DNA of 61,869 bases, the filler included. It is 9 parts of 9 records of this genome, joined end to end, with 100 filler letters (N's around TTAATTAATTAA, not from the genome) between each part and the next. Parts side by side here need not be neighbours in the genome. Positions count along the whole stretch, not along the records: positions 16,615 to 22,468 come from SRR31156797_31345; positions 22,569 to 29,398 come from SRR31156797_31359; 7 more parts are not named here. The stretch is one strand, 5' to 3'. Of the stretch, positions 20,305 to 29,498 are shown one piece after another. The position numbers were made by a program, and so were the translations under genes. Positions within the stretch are counted from its first letter, which is position 1. Each line of letters opens with the position of its first letter. The notes under the pieces were generated by a model. That model saw nothing but the letters and a program-made list of their open reading frames with translations. It ran no database searches and was not told the DNA's origin.

Positions 20305-20916
20305 TTAATGAATTCCAACTGTTTGTTCACTGTTTACAGAAAAAACAAACTCATATTTTATTACTACTTCATCACCCGTTTTTAAAGTTCCCATCATTGC
20401 CGTGGGAGGCTTTATATCAAAATCACTCATTTTTAAAGGAAGTTCGCCGGAAACAATAAGTTGCTTTTCGTCTTTCTCCCGAACTTCAAATTCCACATCA
20501 ATTTCTTTCTTACTTCCTGCAAGGCTTAAATGCCCTGTCAAAAATGAAATACCATCAACATTTTGTACTTCTCCTTTTTTATCAACCTGAAACAAAATTT
20601 CAGAGAAATCATCCGATTTTAATGCTTTGTAGGTTTTATTGTCCATAATTTTATTTTTGCTTTTAAGCATTTCCACCGGGCATACAAAATCAATTTTAAC
20701 AATCTCTTTTATTGTATTTTCTGCCGTTGTTAGAACAGCATCGCATTTAAATTCCTCTGCTTCCATTTCCCAGTCGTGAATACTGGAAGTACCTGTTATT
20801 ACCAGATTACTTGCCGAAGCATTTAACTTAAATTGCTCTTGAGCATAACTTTTCGAGTGAAATAAAATAATAACTATTGCACTCAGAATTAAATATTTAA
20901 ACCTCATCGTTTTCAT
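20305..20916 (-). CDS. YceI family polyisoprenoid-binding secreted protein
   Basis: Signal peptide, ITGTSSIHDWEM, MDNKTYKALK, LKMSDFDIKPP. Confidence 0.85.
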   Translation of the reverse strand: MKTMRFKYLILSAIVIILFHSKSYAQEQFKLNASASNLVITGTSSIHDWEMEAEEFKCDAVLTTAENTIKEIVKIDFVCPVEMLKSKNKIMDNKTYKALKSDDFSEILFQVDKKGEVQNVDGISFLTGHLSLAGSKKEIDVEFEVREKDEKQLIVSGELPLKMSDFDIKPPTAMMGTLKTGDEVVIKYEFVFSVNSEQTVGIH

Positions 20917-20935
20917 TTTATTAAATATTATCTAC

Positions 20936-20986
20936 TTATCCTATCGTTTTACTAGGACAAATATAATACAGATTTTAATATGCAAA
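20936..20986 (-). promoter_or_regulatory. Bacteroidota primary-sigma promoter overlapped by a palindromic operator
   Basis: On the minus strand, -33 TTTG (20986-20983) lies 17 nt from -7 TATATTTG (20965-20958). Inverted repeat TTATCCTA-N9-TAGGACAA at 20936-20960. Confidence 0.7.
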
Positions 20987-21159
20987 ACCTGAAATTTGTC
21001 AATATTTTAAAGAAAATGCTGTAAAACAGAATTCTAAATACCTGCAGCTTTTAATAAAAAATACAAAAACCAACTTTCATTATCATTTGATTTCCAATAT
21101 ATTAGAAAGAAACTTTTTAAGATTAAATTCGTTTATCAATAAAATAAAACAGATTTAAA

Positions 21160-21876
21160 ATGGCCCGGTTTTCCAGATTTATTTATATCCAATCTATTTG
21201 CATTCTATTAACATTAACCGTTTTAGGGCAAGAAAACTACTTTACCGATTTGCGGGAACGAATGGTAAGAACGCAAATTGAGGCACGCGGAATATCTGAT
21301 GAAAATGTGCTAAGGGCAATGTTAACTGTTCGGCGTCATTTATTTGTTTTATCTGAAAATTTATGGCTGGCCTACAATGACACACCCCTTCCAATAGAAG
21401 AAAGCCAAACCATTTCGCAACCATACATTGTTGCATTTATGAAAGAAGCACTGGAATTAAAACCAACCGACAAAGTTCTTGAAATTGGCACAGGCTCGGG
21501 CTACCAGGCTGCTGTTCTTTCCGAAATATGTGATTCGGTTTTTACCGTCGAAATTTTTGAATCGCTGGGAAATAAAACAAAAGAACTTTTTCGCGAACTG
21601 GGTTACAATAATATTCAAACTAAAATAGGCGACGGGTACAAAGGATGGCCCGAGCACGCACCTTTTGATGCAATAATTGTTACCTGCTCGCCCACCCACA
21701 TCCCAAAATCATTAAAAAACCAACTTGCCGAAAATGGACGAATGATAATTCCTGTTGGCACCAGCTCTGTTAAATCGTTAATTCTTCTTCAAAAAAAACA
21801 AGGAAAAATAAAAGAGAAGAAATTATTGCCCGTCAGGTTTGTACCAATGATTAACACTAAAGGCGAAAAATATTAA
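21160..21876 (+). CDS. pcm: Protein-L-isoaspartate O-methyltransferase
   Basis: QTISQPYIVA, VLEIGTGSGYQAA, GDGYKGWPEHAPFDAI, PVRFVPM. Confidence 0.93.
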   Translation: MARFSRFIYIQSICILLTLTVLGQENYFTDLRERMVRTQIEARGISDENVLRAMLTVRRHLFVLSENLWLAYNDTPLPIEESQTISQPYIVAFMKEALELKPTDKVLEIGTGSGYQAAVLSEICDSVFTVEIFESLGNKTKELFRELGYNNIQTKIGDGYKGWPEHAPFDAIIVTCSPTHIPKSLKNQLAENGRMIIPVGTSSVKSLILLQKKQGKIKEKKLLPVRFVPMINTKGEKY

Positions 21877-21947
21877 ATTCTATATTTCTGTTTTACAGGA
21901 TGAACAAATAATTCTTTATTTTTAACACCAATCAAAAAAACCGTAAA

Positions 21948-22468
21948 ATGATAAAGTCATACCTTTTAATTATCCCTATTTTATTACTTTTTTTTACCAG
22001 TTGTACAGAAAAACCAGATCCTACCCGCCAGTGGTTTATGTACCGCGGCAATTATGCAAGTGGAGTTTTAGACAATACAAATTTACCGGAAACATGGAAT
22101 GCCGGAACAGGCGAAAATATTCTTTGGAAAACTAAAATTCCAGGTCTTGGGCATTCCTGCCCTATAGTTTGGGGCGATAACATTTTTGTAACTACATCGG
22201 TAAGTTCTGTTGACAAAGGAGATATAAAAACCGGTATTTATGGCTCTATTGGTTCGGTGCAGGATTCGTCGCAACACGAATGGAATATATACTGTATTGA
22301 TAAACAAACCGGCGAAATTCAATGGGAACAAACGGCTAATAAAGGAGTACCCAAACAAAAGAGGCATCCAATGTCGTCGCATGCTAACTGCACTCCGGCT
22401 ACCAATGGCGAATTTGTAGTGGCATTTTACGGTTCGGAAGGATTGTATTGTTACAATATGAATGGAGA
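21948..22468 (+). CDS. PQQ-binding-like beta-propeller lipoprotein (3'-truncated)
   Basis: Lipobox [30 protein letters not shown]. Confidence 0.8.
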
Positions 22469-22570
22469 NNNNNNNNNNNNNNNNNNNNNNNNNNNNNNNN
22501 NNNNNNNNNNNNTTAATTAATTAANNNNNNNNNNNNNNNNNNNNNNNNNNNNNNNNNNNNNNNNNNNNGA

Positions 22571-24418
22571 GACATCAACACCGCGAAAGATCTCGCAGAA
22601 CTGCCAGGTTCTCCGGAAATCAGGTTCGGCACGGCAGAACAATTCTTCCGCTCGCTGGAACCCCATTCGAAGGACATTCCACATATCAAAGGGGAACGTC
22701 AATTTATCTTTGAAGGCTGCTACACAACCATAGCACGCATCAAGGAAGGCAACCGCACTGGCGAAAACACGCTGTTTGTCGGCGAAGCGCTCGCGACGAT
22801 GCTCTCGACCGCAGGAGAACCGTATCCGTTCCACGAGACCCATGCGGCATGGCATGCGATCGCATTCAACCAGTTCCACGACATCCTTTGCGGTTCATCC
22901 AATCATGAAGCAAACCGCGAATGCATCGCACGATACGATGAAGCAAACCGCAATGCGAAACTGATTCGCACACAGGCTCTCGAACGCCTCGCACATCGTG
23001 CAGACACGCAGAGCTGCGGCACACCCGTCCTCGTTTTCAACGCCATTCCGCAAAACAGGCGGGAAATCGTAGAAGTCGAGTTGTTCTCCTACCAGTTGCC
23101 GCCGACTGTCGAAAGGCGACACTGGGGGCAACACCATCCAATACCAATCAAGGCGACAGACATTGGACTGGGCGGAAAGTATCCTTCAGTTCACATGGTT
23201 GACGATCATGGTGCGGCCATCCCGGCCCAGATTTCGGACATCAAGGTCTACCCGAACGGCCACCGGATGAAGGTTCACTTCCCGGCTGAATACCTGCCGG
23301 CATGTGGGTACCGCGTATTCCACGCGTTTACGGTTGAACCGGGGATGGCCCCATCAAAAGAGTTCACGGCGAAACGCAGTGCCATCGAGACGCCGTTCTT
23401 CAAGATCGCCGTCGATCCGAAGACAGGGCATCTCACCCAGGTCCACGACAAGAAACGAAAAGTCGACCTCATCGCCAAGGGTGAAAACGCCAACCTCCTT
23501 CGCATCGATCAGGAAGTCCCGCACGGCATGTCTGCCTGGGAACTGGCCCCGATTTCGGAATCCACAAACCTGGATAGGGCTGAGTCCATTGAGCTCATTG
23601 AACACGGACCTGTCCGTGCAGTCATTGAAATCAAACGCAAATGGAATCGCTCCACGGTTACCCAGCGGATCATTGCCTATGCAGAGTTCCCCAGAATCGA
23701 TTTTGAATGCGATGTCGCCTGGTTCGAACTTGGAGACCCGGAAACGGGTGTTCCAGCTTTGCGCGTCAGTTTCCCAATGAACATCAAGAACGGGAAGTTC
23801 ACATGCGACACACCATTCGCTGCGTTCGAACGCCCGACCGATGGCCAGGAAATACCGGCACAGAAATGGATTGACCTGTCCGACAGCAAAGGCGGCATCG
23901 CCCTGCTCAATGACAGCAAATACGGACACCGCTGCTGCGGCAACGTTCTGGAAACCACCCTGCTGAGAGCTCCGTATGATCCGGATCTCTACCCGGACCA
24001 GGGACCACACTCCATCCGCTACTCGCTGATGCCACACGCGGGGAACTGGATCGAAGGCGGAGTCGCTGAAGCGGGTATCGCTTTCAACGCCCCCTGTGCC
24101 GCGCAGGAAGTACATCCGTCTGGAGGCGACCTGCCATCCTCCATGTCCTTCCTCTCGGTGGGACCGAACAACGTCCACCTGTCCGGTATCAAGCATCCGG
24201 AAGAAGGACCGGGCATGATCGTCCGCATTTACGAATCCGCCGGTAAGAAGTGCGAAGCCGTTCTCGAGCTATCGCGTGATGTGTACTACGCAGGCCTCGT
24301 GAATCTTGTTGAGGACCTGCACTTTGAAGATGATCGCCAGATACGGATTGAAGGCAACAAGGTATTTGTCCCACTGCGGCCGCACCAGATTGCGTCGGTC
24401 CGCGTTGAGTTGACATGA
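22571..24418 (+). CDS. Glycoside hydrolase family 38 alpha-mannosidase (5'-truncated)
   Basis: Frame is open from the fragment start (GCYTT). Motifs NQFHDILCGSS, EIPAQKWIDLSD, LLNDSKYG and LLRAP..PD..PDQG.H. Confidence 0.9.
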   Translation, partial: DINTAKDLAELPGSPEIRFGTAEQFFRSLEPHSKDIPHIKGERQFIFEGCYTTIARIKEGNRTGENTLFVGEALATMLSTAGEPYPFHETHAAWHAIAFNQFHDILCGSSNHEANRECIARYDEANRNAKLIRTQALERLAHRADTQSCGTPVLVFNAIPQNRREIVEVELFSYQLPPTVERRHWGQHHPIPIKATDIGLGGKYPSVHMVDDHGAAIPAQISDIKVYPNGHRMKVHFPAEYLPACGYRVFHAFTVEPGMAPSKEFTAKRSAIETPFFKIAVDPKTGHLTQVHDKKRKVDLIAKGENANLLRIDQEVPHGMSAWELAPISESTNLDRAESIELIEHGPVRAVIEIKRKWNRSTVTQRIIAYAEFPRIDFECDVAWFELGDPETGVPALRVSFPMNIKNGKFTCDTPFAAFERPTDGQEIPAQKWIDLSDSKGGIALLNDSKYGHRCCGNVLETTLLRAPYDPDLYPDQGPHSIRYSLMPHAGNWIEGGVAEAGIAFNAPCAAQEVHPSGGDLPSSMSFLSVGPNNVHLSGIKHPEEGPGMIVRIYESAGKKCEAVLELSRDVYYAGLVNLVEDLHFEDDRQIRIEGNKVFVPLRPHQIASVRVELT

Positions 24419-24445
24419 CAGGCAAGGCTACGTAGGGTCAACGAC

Positions 24446-25492
24446 ATGAGTGAAGGAAGGCAGATCCGCCTGACAAGTTATGCCAATTGTGCCGGCTGAG
24501 CGGGAAAACTTCCCGTGGAAGTCACCGCGCAGGTCCTGCGCAACTTGCCCCCGATGGATCACCCCAACCGCCTCGTCGGCACGGACACATTCGACGACGC
24601 AGGTGTATTCCAGGTGCGCGATGACCTCGCATTGGTCCAGACGGTCGATTTCTTTCCACCCCTGGTGGATGACCCTTACACCTTCGGGCAAATCGCGGCG
24701 GCAAACAGCTTGTCCGATGTATACGCAATGGGCGGCAACCCCATGACTGCCCTCAACATCGTAGGCTTCCCGGACAAAGATCTACCAGGGGAAATGCTGA
24801 ACGAAATCCTCCGCGGCGGGGCCGAACGAATCCTCGCAGCGGGGGCAACCATCATTGGCGGACACAGCGTCCGGGACAATGAAGTCAAATACGGGCTGGC
24901 CATCACCGGAACGATTCACCCGGAAAAAATCATCCGCAACTGCACGGCAAAACCAGGTGATCAGATTATCCTGACAAAACCGATCGGCTCCGGATCACTG
25001 ACCAGCGCTGCCAAAAACGGAAAAATTGAAGAGGACGACCTCAAGGAAGCCATCCACGTCATGACAAGCCTGAATCTTCCAGGCTCAAAGGCCATGATGG
25101 AAATCGGGGTATCCGCAGCAACGGACGTGACAGGCTTTGGTCTTCTGGGGCACGCATACGAAGTTTCCGAATCCAGCGGAGTTTCCCTGGAGATCAACAC
25201 GGCAGCTATCCCATTGATGGACAAAGCACTCGATCTTGCGAAACAGGGGATAGTGACAAGAGCACACAAGGCGACACTCCGCAATCTCGGCAAACAATTG
25301 CATACAGGCAGTGTTGATGAAAGTCTTGTGAATCTCACCTGTGATGCACAGACGTCGGGCGGCCTGCTTATCTTCGTCCCACAGGACCGTACAGATGGCC
25401 TCCTCTCCTGCCTGCAGGCACACCAGGCACTCTGCTGGTCAGTCATTGGCGAAGTGGTTGAACGAAAAGACTATTCGATTCGGTTGAGATAA
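24446..25492 (+). CDS. selD: Selenide, water dikinase (selenophosphate synthetase); selenoprotein with Sec at codon 18
   Basis: ATG 24446 reads MSEGRQIRLTSYANCAG-U(TGA 24497-24499)-AGK, in frame with DDAGV, QTVDFF, AANSLSDVYAMGG, TDVTGFGLLGH and DAQTSGGLL. Confidence 0.93.
24500..24541 (+). other. Putative bacterial SECIS element
   Basis: Hairpins directly 3' of the UGA, including GCGCAGGTCCTGCGC (24527-24541), which resembles the E. coli fdhF SECIS apical GCAGGUCUGC. Confidence 0.6.
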
Positions 25493-26110
25493 TCAGACCT
25501 TTGTGGATCGTTCTTTCAGATCCGTCAGTACGACATTCCACGCATCCAGAACATCGTCAAACTCATATTGCAGCGTATCACTGAGCATGACATAATCCTG
25601 TGCCTGCAGTGAATCCTTGATCTGGATAAGACGATCCGTCGGCTTCTTTACCCATTCAACGACAGACTTGCCCTTGATCTGTTCTTTTTCCGGATCGACC
25701 TTGAGCATAACCAGGGAATGCACGATCCCATGGTGAATCTGCTGCCAGTGAGTCATGCACGTGCGGAGGGTTTCCATACCATCGCTGTTCCGACCCTCAG
25801 TGAGGGCGTTCACGATATCCTGCCTCATATTATCAGCTGCCTGCAGCATCTCCAGTGCCTGGGTCATGGCCGCAAACACCATGTCCTGAACAAGCCCTGT
25901 CGTCAGGTCCACCCGATCCCAGCTGGTTATGGGGCGTTCCATCTGCGCCTCAAAATCGGCCCCCGTGATATCATCTCCATCACAGCGCACACCCACAACG
26001 AGGCGATCTGCTTCACCCAATTGGCTGCGAACAACTTCGATCACATCCTTAAGAGGACTGGAGTCGTCTACTTTTCCTTCAAAACGAGTTTCATCTACAA
26101 AGACCGGCAT
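25493..26110 (-). CDS. Conserved hypothetical helical protein
   Basis: AGGAGG-like RBS, 205 aa, C-terminal DYVMLSDTLQYE motif. Confidence 0.7.
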   Translation of the reverse strand: MPVFVDETRFEGKVDDSSPLKDVIEVVRSQLGEADRLVVGVRCDGDDITGADFEAQMERPITSWDRVDLTTGLVQDMVFAAMTQALEMLQAADNMRQDIVNALTEGRNSDGMETLRTCMTHWQQIHHGIVHSLVMLKVDPEKEQIKGKSVVEWVKKPTDRLIQIKDSLQAQDYVMLSDTLQYEFDDVLDAWNVVLTDLKERSTKV

Positions 26111-26310
26111 AGCGGTTCCTCCCCTTTCACAAAGCAGTTCGCGTGTCTAACTAAACAGGGTCAGCAATAATGTACTTAACTACCTATATTATCGGATGAT
26201 AGGACGAAAAACATCAGAATTCTATTCAAAACATCAAGTAATAATACTGAAAACGCGGTTGCGACCAGCAAGAATTCAACATCTGCACCCAAACGTTCGA
26301 TAACTGAATT

Positions 26311-27903
26311 ATGGATTGTACCGAAAAAAACCAGGCTGACGATTCAATAACCAAGGTGCCCAGGGTGCGGACCCTTATTTTCGATTGCGTCACCATTCTC
26401 TTGATTTCACTGGTCGCTGAAGCGGTAGTTTTCTCCGGACAGCAGGGACGTGCAGTACTTTGTGAAGACTCAATCCAATACATCGCCTCCGCGGATGGAA
26501 TTCTGGGAAGCGACAACCCCGCAGGTTTTGGGATCCGAAAAGCAGGGTACCCTCTTTTCCTCGCAGGAATCAAAACACTGACCGGACAACTCGGATGGAC
26601 TGCGGTTCTTGCAAACCACCTGCTCCTGGCACTTGTCCCCTTGGTTGCATACGGATTCGGATTTCATCTACGGTCCCGATGGGTTGGCTGGGCAGCGGCG
26701 ATCCTGGTCCTGGTTCAACTTCAAACCATCCCATGGGGAAATCGCATCCTCAGTGAACCGCTCTACACCGTAATCGCAGGCTTCGGTTTGCTCGCATTTG
26801 TCGCGGCATTTCAGGATGAAAAGAAACGTTTGCTTCTCATGGCGTCCGGCATCCTTCTTGGACTTGCATGGCTTACCCGTGGAGTCGCCGTCCCGATCCT
26901 GGGCATTGCAATCTTCGCTCTCATCGCCTCCTCGTGGAGAAACTGGCGAAGCCTGCCTGCAAAGCTGGCATTATTCATGACACCCCTGGCAGCAGTATAC
27001 ATTACCGAATGCTCTTTGAATCATGCTGCAACGGGCCAGTTCCAGGCATCAAACGGTGGCTCCGGAATCGCTCTCTGGGGATGCCGGATGCGATACTACG
27101 AAGGACAGACAGAAGCGGATTCACCAGAAATCCGTGAAGTCCTCTCCTGGGTGCCACAACGAGACACACAGGATGCCTACCGCGCAAACATTTCTGACTG
27201 CTGGATTGGACGATATTACGCGATCCGGCAACACGGACTGGATGACTGGGGCGTAAACTCAAGGATGCAGAAAGCAGGTGTTCAGGCGATCCTGCATGAT
27301 CCCGTAACCTACGCAGGAAACGTTACCGACTCGGTATATCTTCACCTCTTCCGGAAAGGCGGAGGAAACGCCCGATCAGACGTTCCTGTTGAACTCCGTT
27401 TTGAACACATCGAACACCCATTGGCAGCGGGAAGCGGGATTCCGGAAAATCAACGTTACCTGCTCTGGTCCGATCCGTTTGCCAGTGATCAGGATAACCT
27501 GCAGCGAACCCGAAATGCGGTTTTCGCGGCTACGACCAAAGCCCCGTTCGGCAACAACAAAATCCTCGCAACCTTGCGATACTGGAAAACCTTTGCACCG
27601 GTTGCCGCAACGATCGATACCCTCGAACGAATCGGGCATATCTGGGCAGGGTTCGGCTTGCTGCTCTGCTTCTGGATGGGCTGGAAACGATCAACCTGCA
27701 TCATTTTGGGGTTAATCATCCTGAGTGATGCCTCCTTTGTGTCCATGTTGACGATCACATCCGACCGGTTTCAGTTTGTCTGGCTCCCCGTCGACATGGC
27801 ATTTCTCAGTGTCATCCCGGCATGCCTGATCGCATTCGCAGTAGAGAAAACGACAAAACGCAATAACGACGCTTTGAAGATGACAGCAAAACTGTCTTCA
27901 TAA
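26311..27903 (+). CDS. Polytopic membrane protein, GT-C (ArnT/PMT-like) glycosyltransferase
   Basis: DSIQY loop, RKAGYPLFL, ILSEPLY, many TM helices, large periplasmic loop. Confidence 0.7.
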   Translation: MDCTEKNQADDSITKVPRVRTLIFDCVTILLISLVAEAVVFSGQQGRAVLCEDSIQYIASADGILGSDNPAGFGIRKAGYPLFLAGIKTLTGQLGWTAVLANHLLLALVPLVAYGFGFHLRSRWVGWAAAILVLVQLQTIPWGNRILSEPLYTVIAGFGLLAFVAAFQDEKKRLLLMASGILLGLAWLTRGVAVPILGIAIFALIASSWRNWRSLPAKLALFMTPLAAVYITECSLNHAATGQFQASNGGSGIALWGCRMRYYEGQTEADSPEIREVLSWVPQRDTQDAYRANISDCWIGRYYAIRQHGLDDWGVNSRMQKAGVQAILHDPVTYAGNVTDSVYLHLFRKGGGNARSDVPVELRFEHIEHPLAAGSGIPENQRYLLWSDPFASDQDNLQRTRNAVFAATTKAPFGNNKILATLRYWKTFAPVAATIDTLERIGHIWAGFGLLLCFWMGWKRSTCIILGLIILSDASFVSMLTITSDRFQFVWLPVDMAFLSVIPACLIAFAVEKTTKRNNDALKMTAKLSS

Positions 27904-27920
27904 GGGAAACGAACACGAAC

Positions 27921-29398
27921 GTGAAAAGACATTACCCCATTCTGATCTGGCTGATTGCAATTGTCGCGATCGCAACCCTGCTGTTCATACTGCCCGGCAG
28001 AGACGAAATCGCTCCTGTCGTGAAGGGAGACAACTGCTATATCTTTCTGGCAGTCGATCGGTTCTGCGAAGGCAATGGGATTACGACTCTCTACCCCCTT
28101 GCCCCCGAACAACCCTGGGAATGGAGAGCGGACTGGGCGTTCCTGACGCAGTGGCCGCCCGCGTACCCGGTGATGCTGGCCGGAATCCGAATGCTTACAG
28201 GTGTATCAACACTTCAGGCAGCCCAGGGACTGGCGATATTCTTCTGTGCGATATCTATGGTCGGCTGGTTCGCCCTGGCAAAACACCTTGTCAAAGATTC
28301 CGGAATACCCGGCATACTGCTTGCGGGACTCGTTGCGGTCAGCTCCATCGCGACATGGATGCTGATCAACCCGGGCACCGATCTGCTTCTTCACGGAACG
28401 ATTCCCTGGCTTCTTCTCCTCGTAATAATACTATCCGAACGCCAGCATTCGCCAAGTAAAAAAACCGACCAGTCTGACACCTCCCCTTACATCCCCTGGC
28501 TCCTCATCGGCCTCCTCGCCGGATCGCTCGTCTGGATCCGATACATGGCCATCTATGTCCCAGTAGGCATCGGAGTATACATCACGATCGAATGGATGAT
28601 CCGCCGAATGGTTCGATTCCGCATCGTGCTGCTCTACGCATGTGCATCGTTGCTGCCGATCTTCGCCCTGGGTTACCTCAACCATATAGCCGGCTTGAAA
28701 GTCCCGGAACAGGAACGGTATAACCTCGGCGGATCACTCGGAACCGTCTGGGATCCGGATGTGTTCATCACGATCTGGAAACAATTCACGACCTTCCCGA
28801 TCTACAACTACCACGCCATCAGTCAATGGATATTCCTCCTGGGCATCCCGATAGGAATTGCCGGCTTCGTCCTCCTGAAGAAAGACTGGCGGGAAACGAC
28901 AAAACAATTCCTCTCCACCCGCGGCACGATACTGTGCCTGAGTATCCTGGTTACGTTATTCGTCATACTGGCCGCTACTTCGATGCTCTTCCGGGCGAAG
29001 CACACGTACGTCGGCATCGACCGCTATTACATTTCAGCCCAGCCACTGTATTTCCTGCTCTTCCTGGGCCCCCTGGTCTGCCTGCGTTCACGAGTCCTTC
29101 GCGTTCTTGCGTGCATCCCGATCCTGCTCTTCGCTCACTGGTACATCGCAATAGAATGGCCTCGTCCCTTTGATCGGTGGCACGCCGCTCAACGCCCCAC
29201 AACACAGTACGGCAGATGGGCTGACGCGTTCCAACCGGGGGAGACCGCCCTCTACGATTGGCTGAAAAAACAAGAGGCGGACAATCTCGTCATCTTCAGC
29301 AATTTTCACAGCGACATCGCTCTGGAAACGGGTATCCCCGCAATCCCTACACCCCAGTCCCTTGATCAGATGAATCGCTGGCTTCTGGATATTCAGAA
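27921..29398 (+). CDS. Polytopic membrane protein, GT-C-like (3'-truncated)
   Basis: DNCY loop, QWPPAYP, GLLAGSLVWIRY, about 12 TM segments. Confidence 0.65.
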
Positions 29399-29498
29399 NN
29401 NNNNNNNNNNNNNNNNNNNNNNNNNNNNNNNNNNNNNNNNNNTTAATTAATTAANNNNNNNNNNNNNNNNNNNNNNNNNNNNNNNNNNNNNNNNNNNN

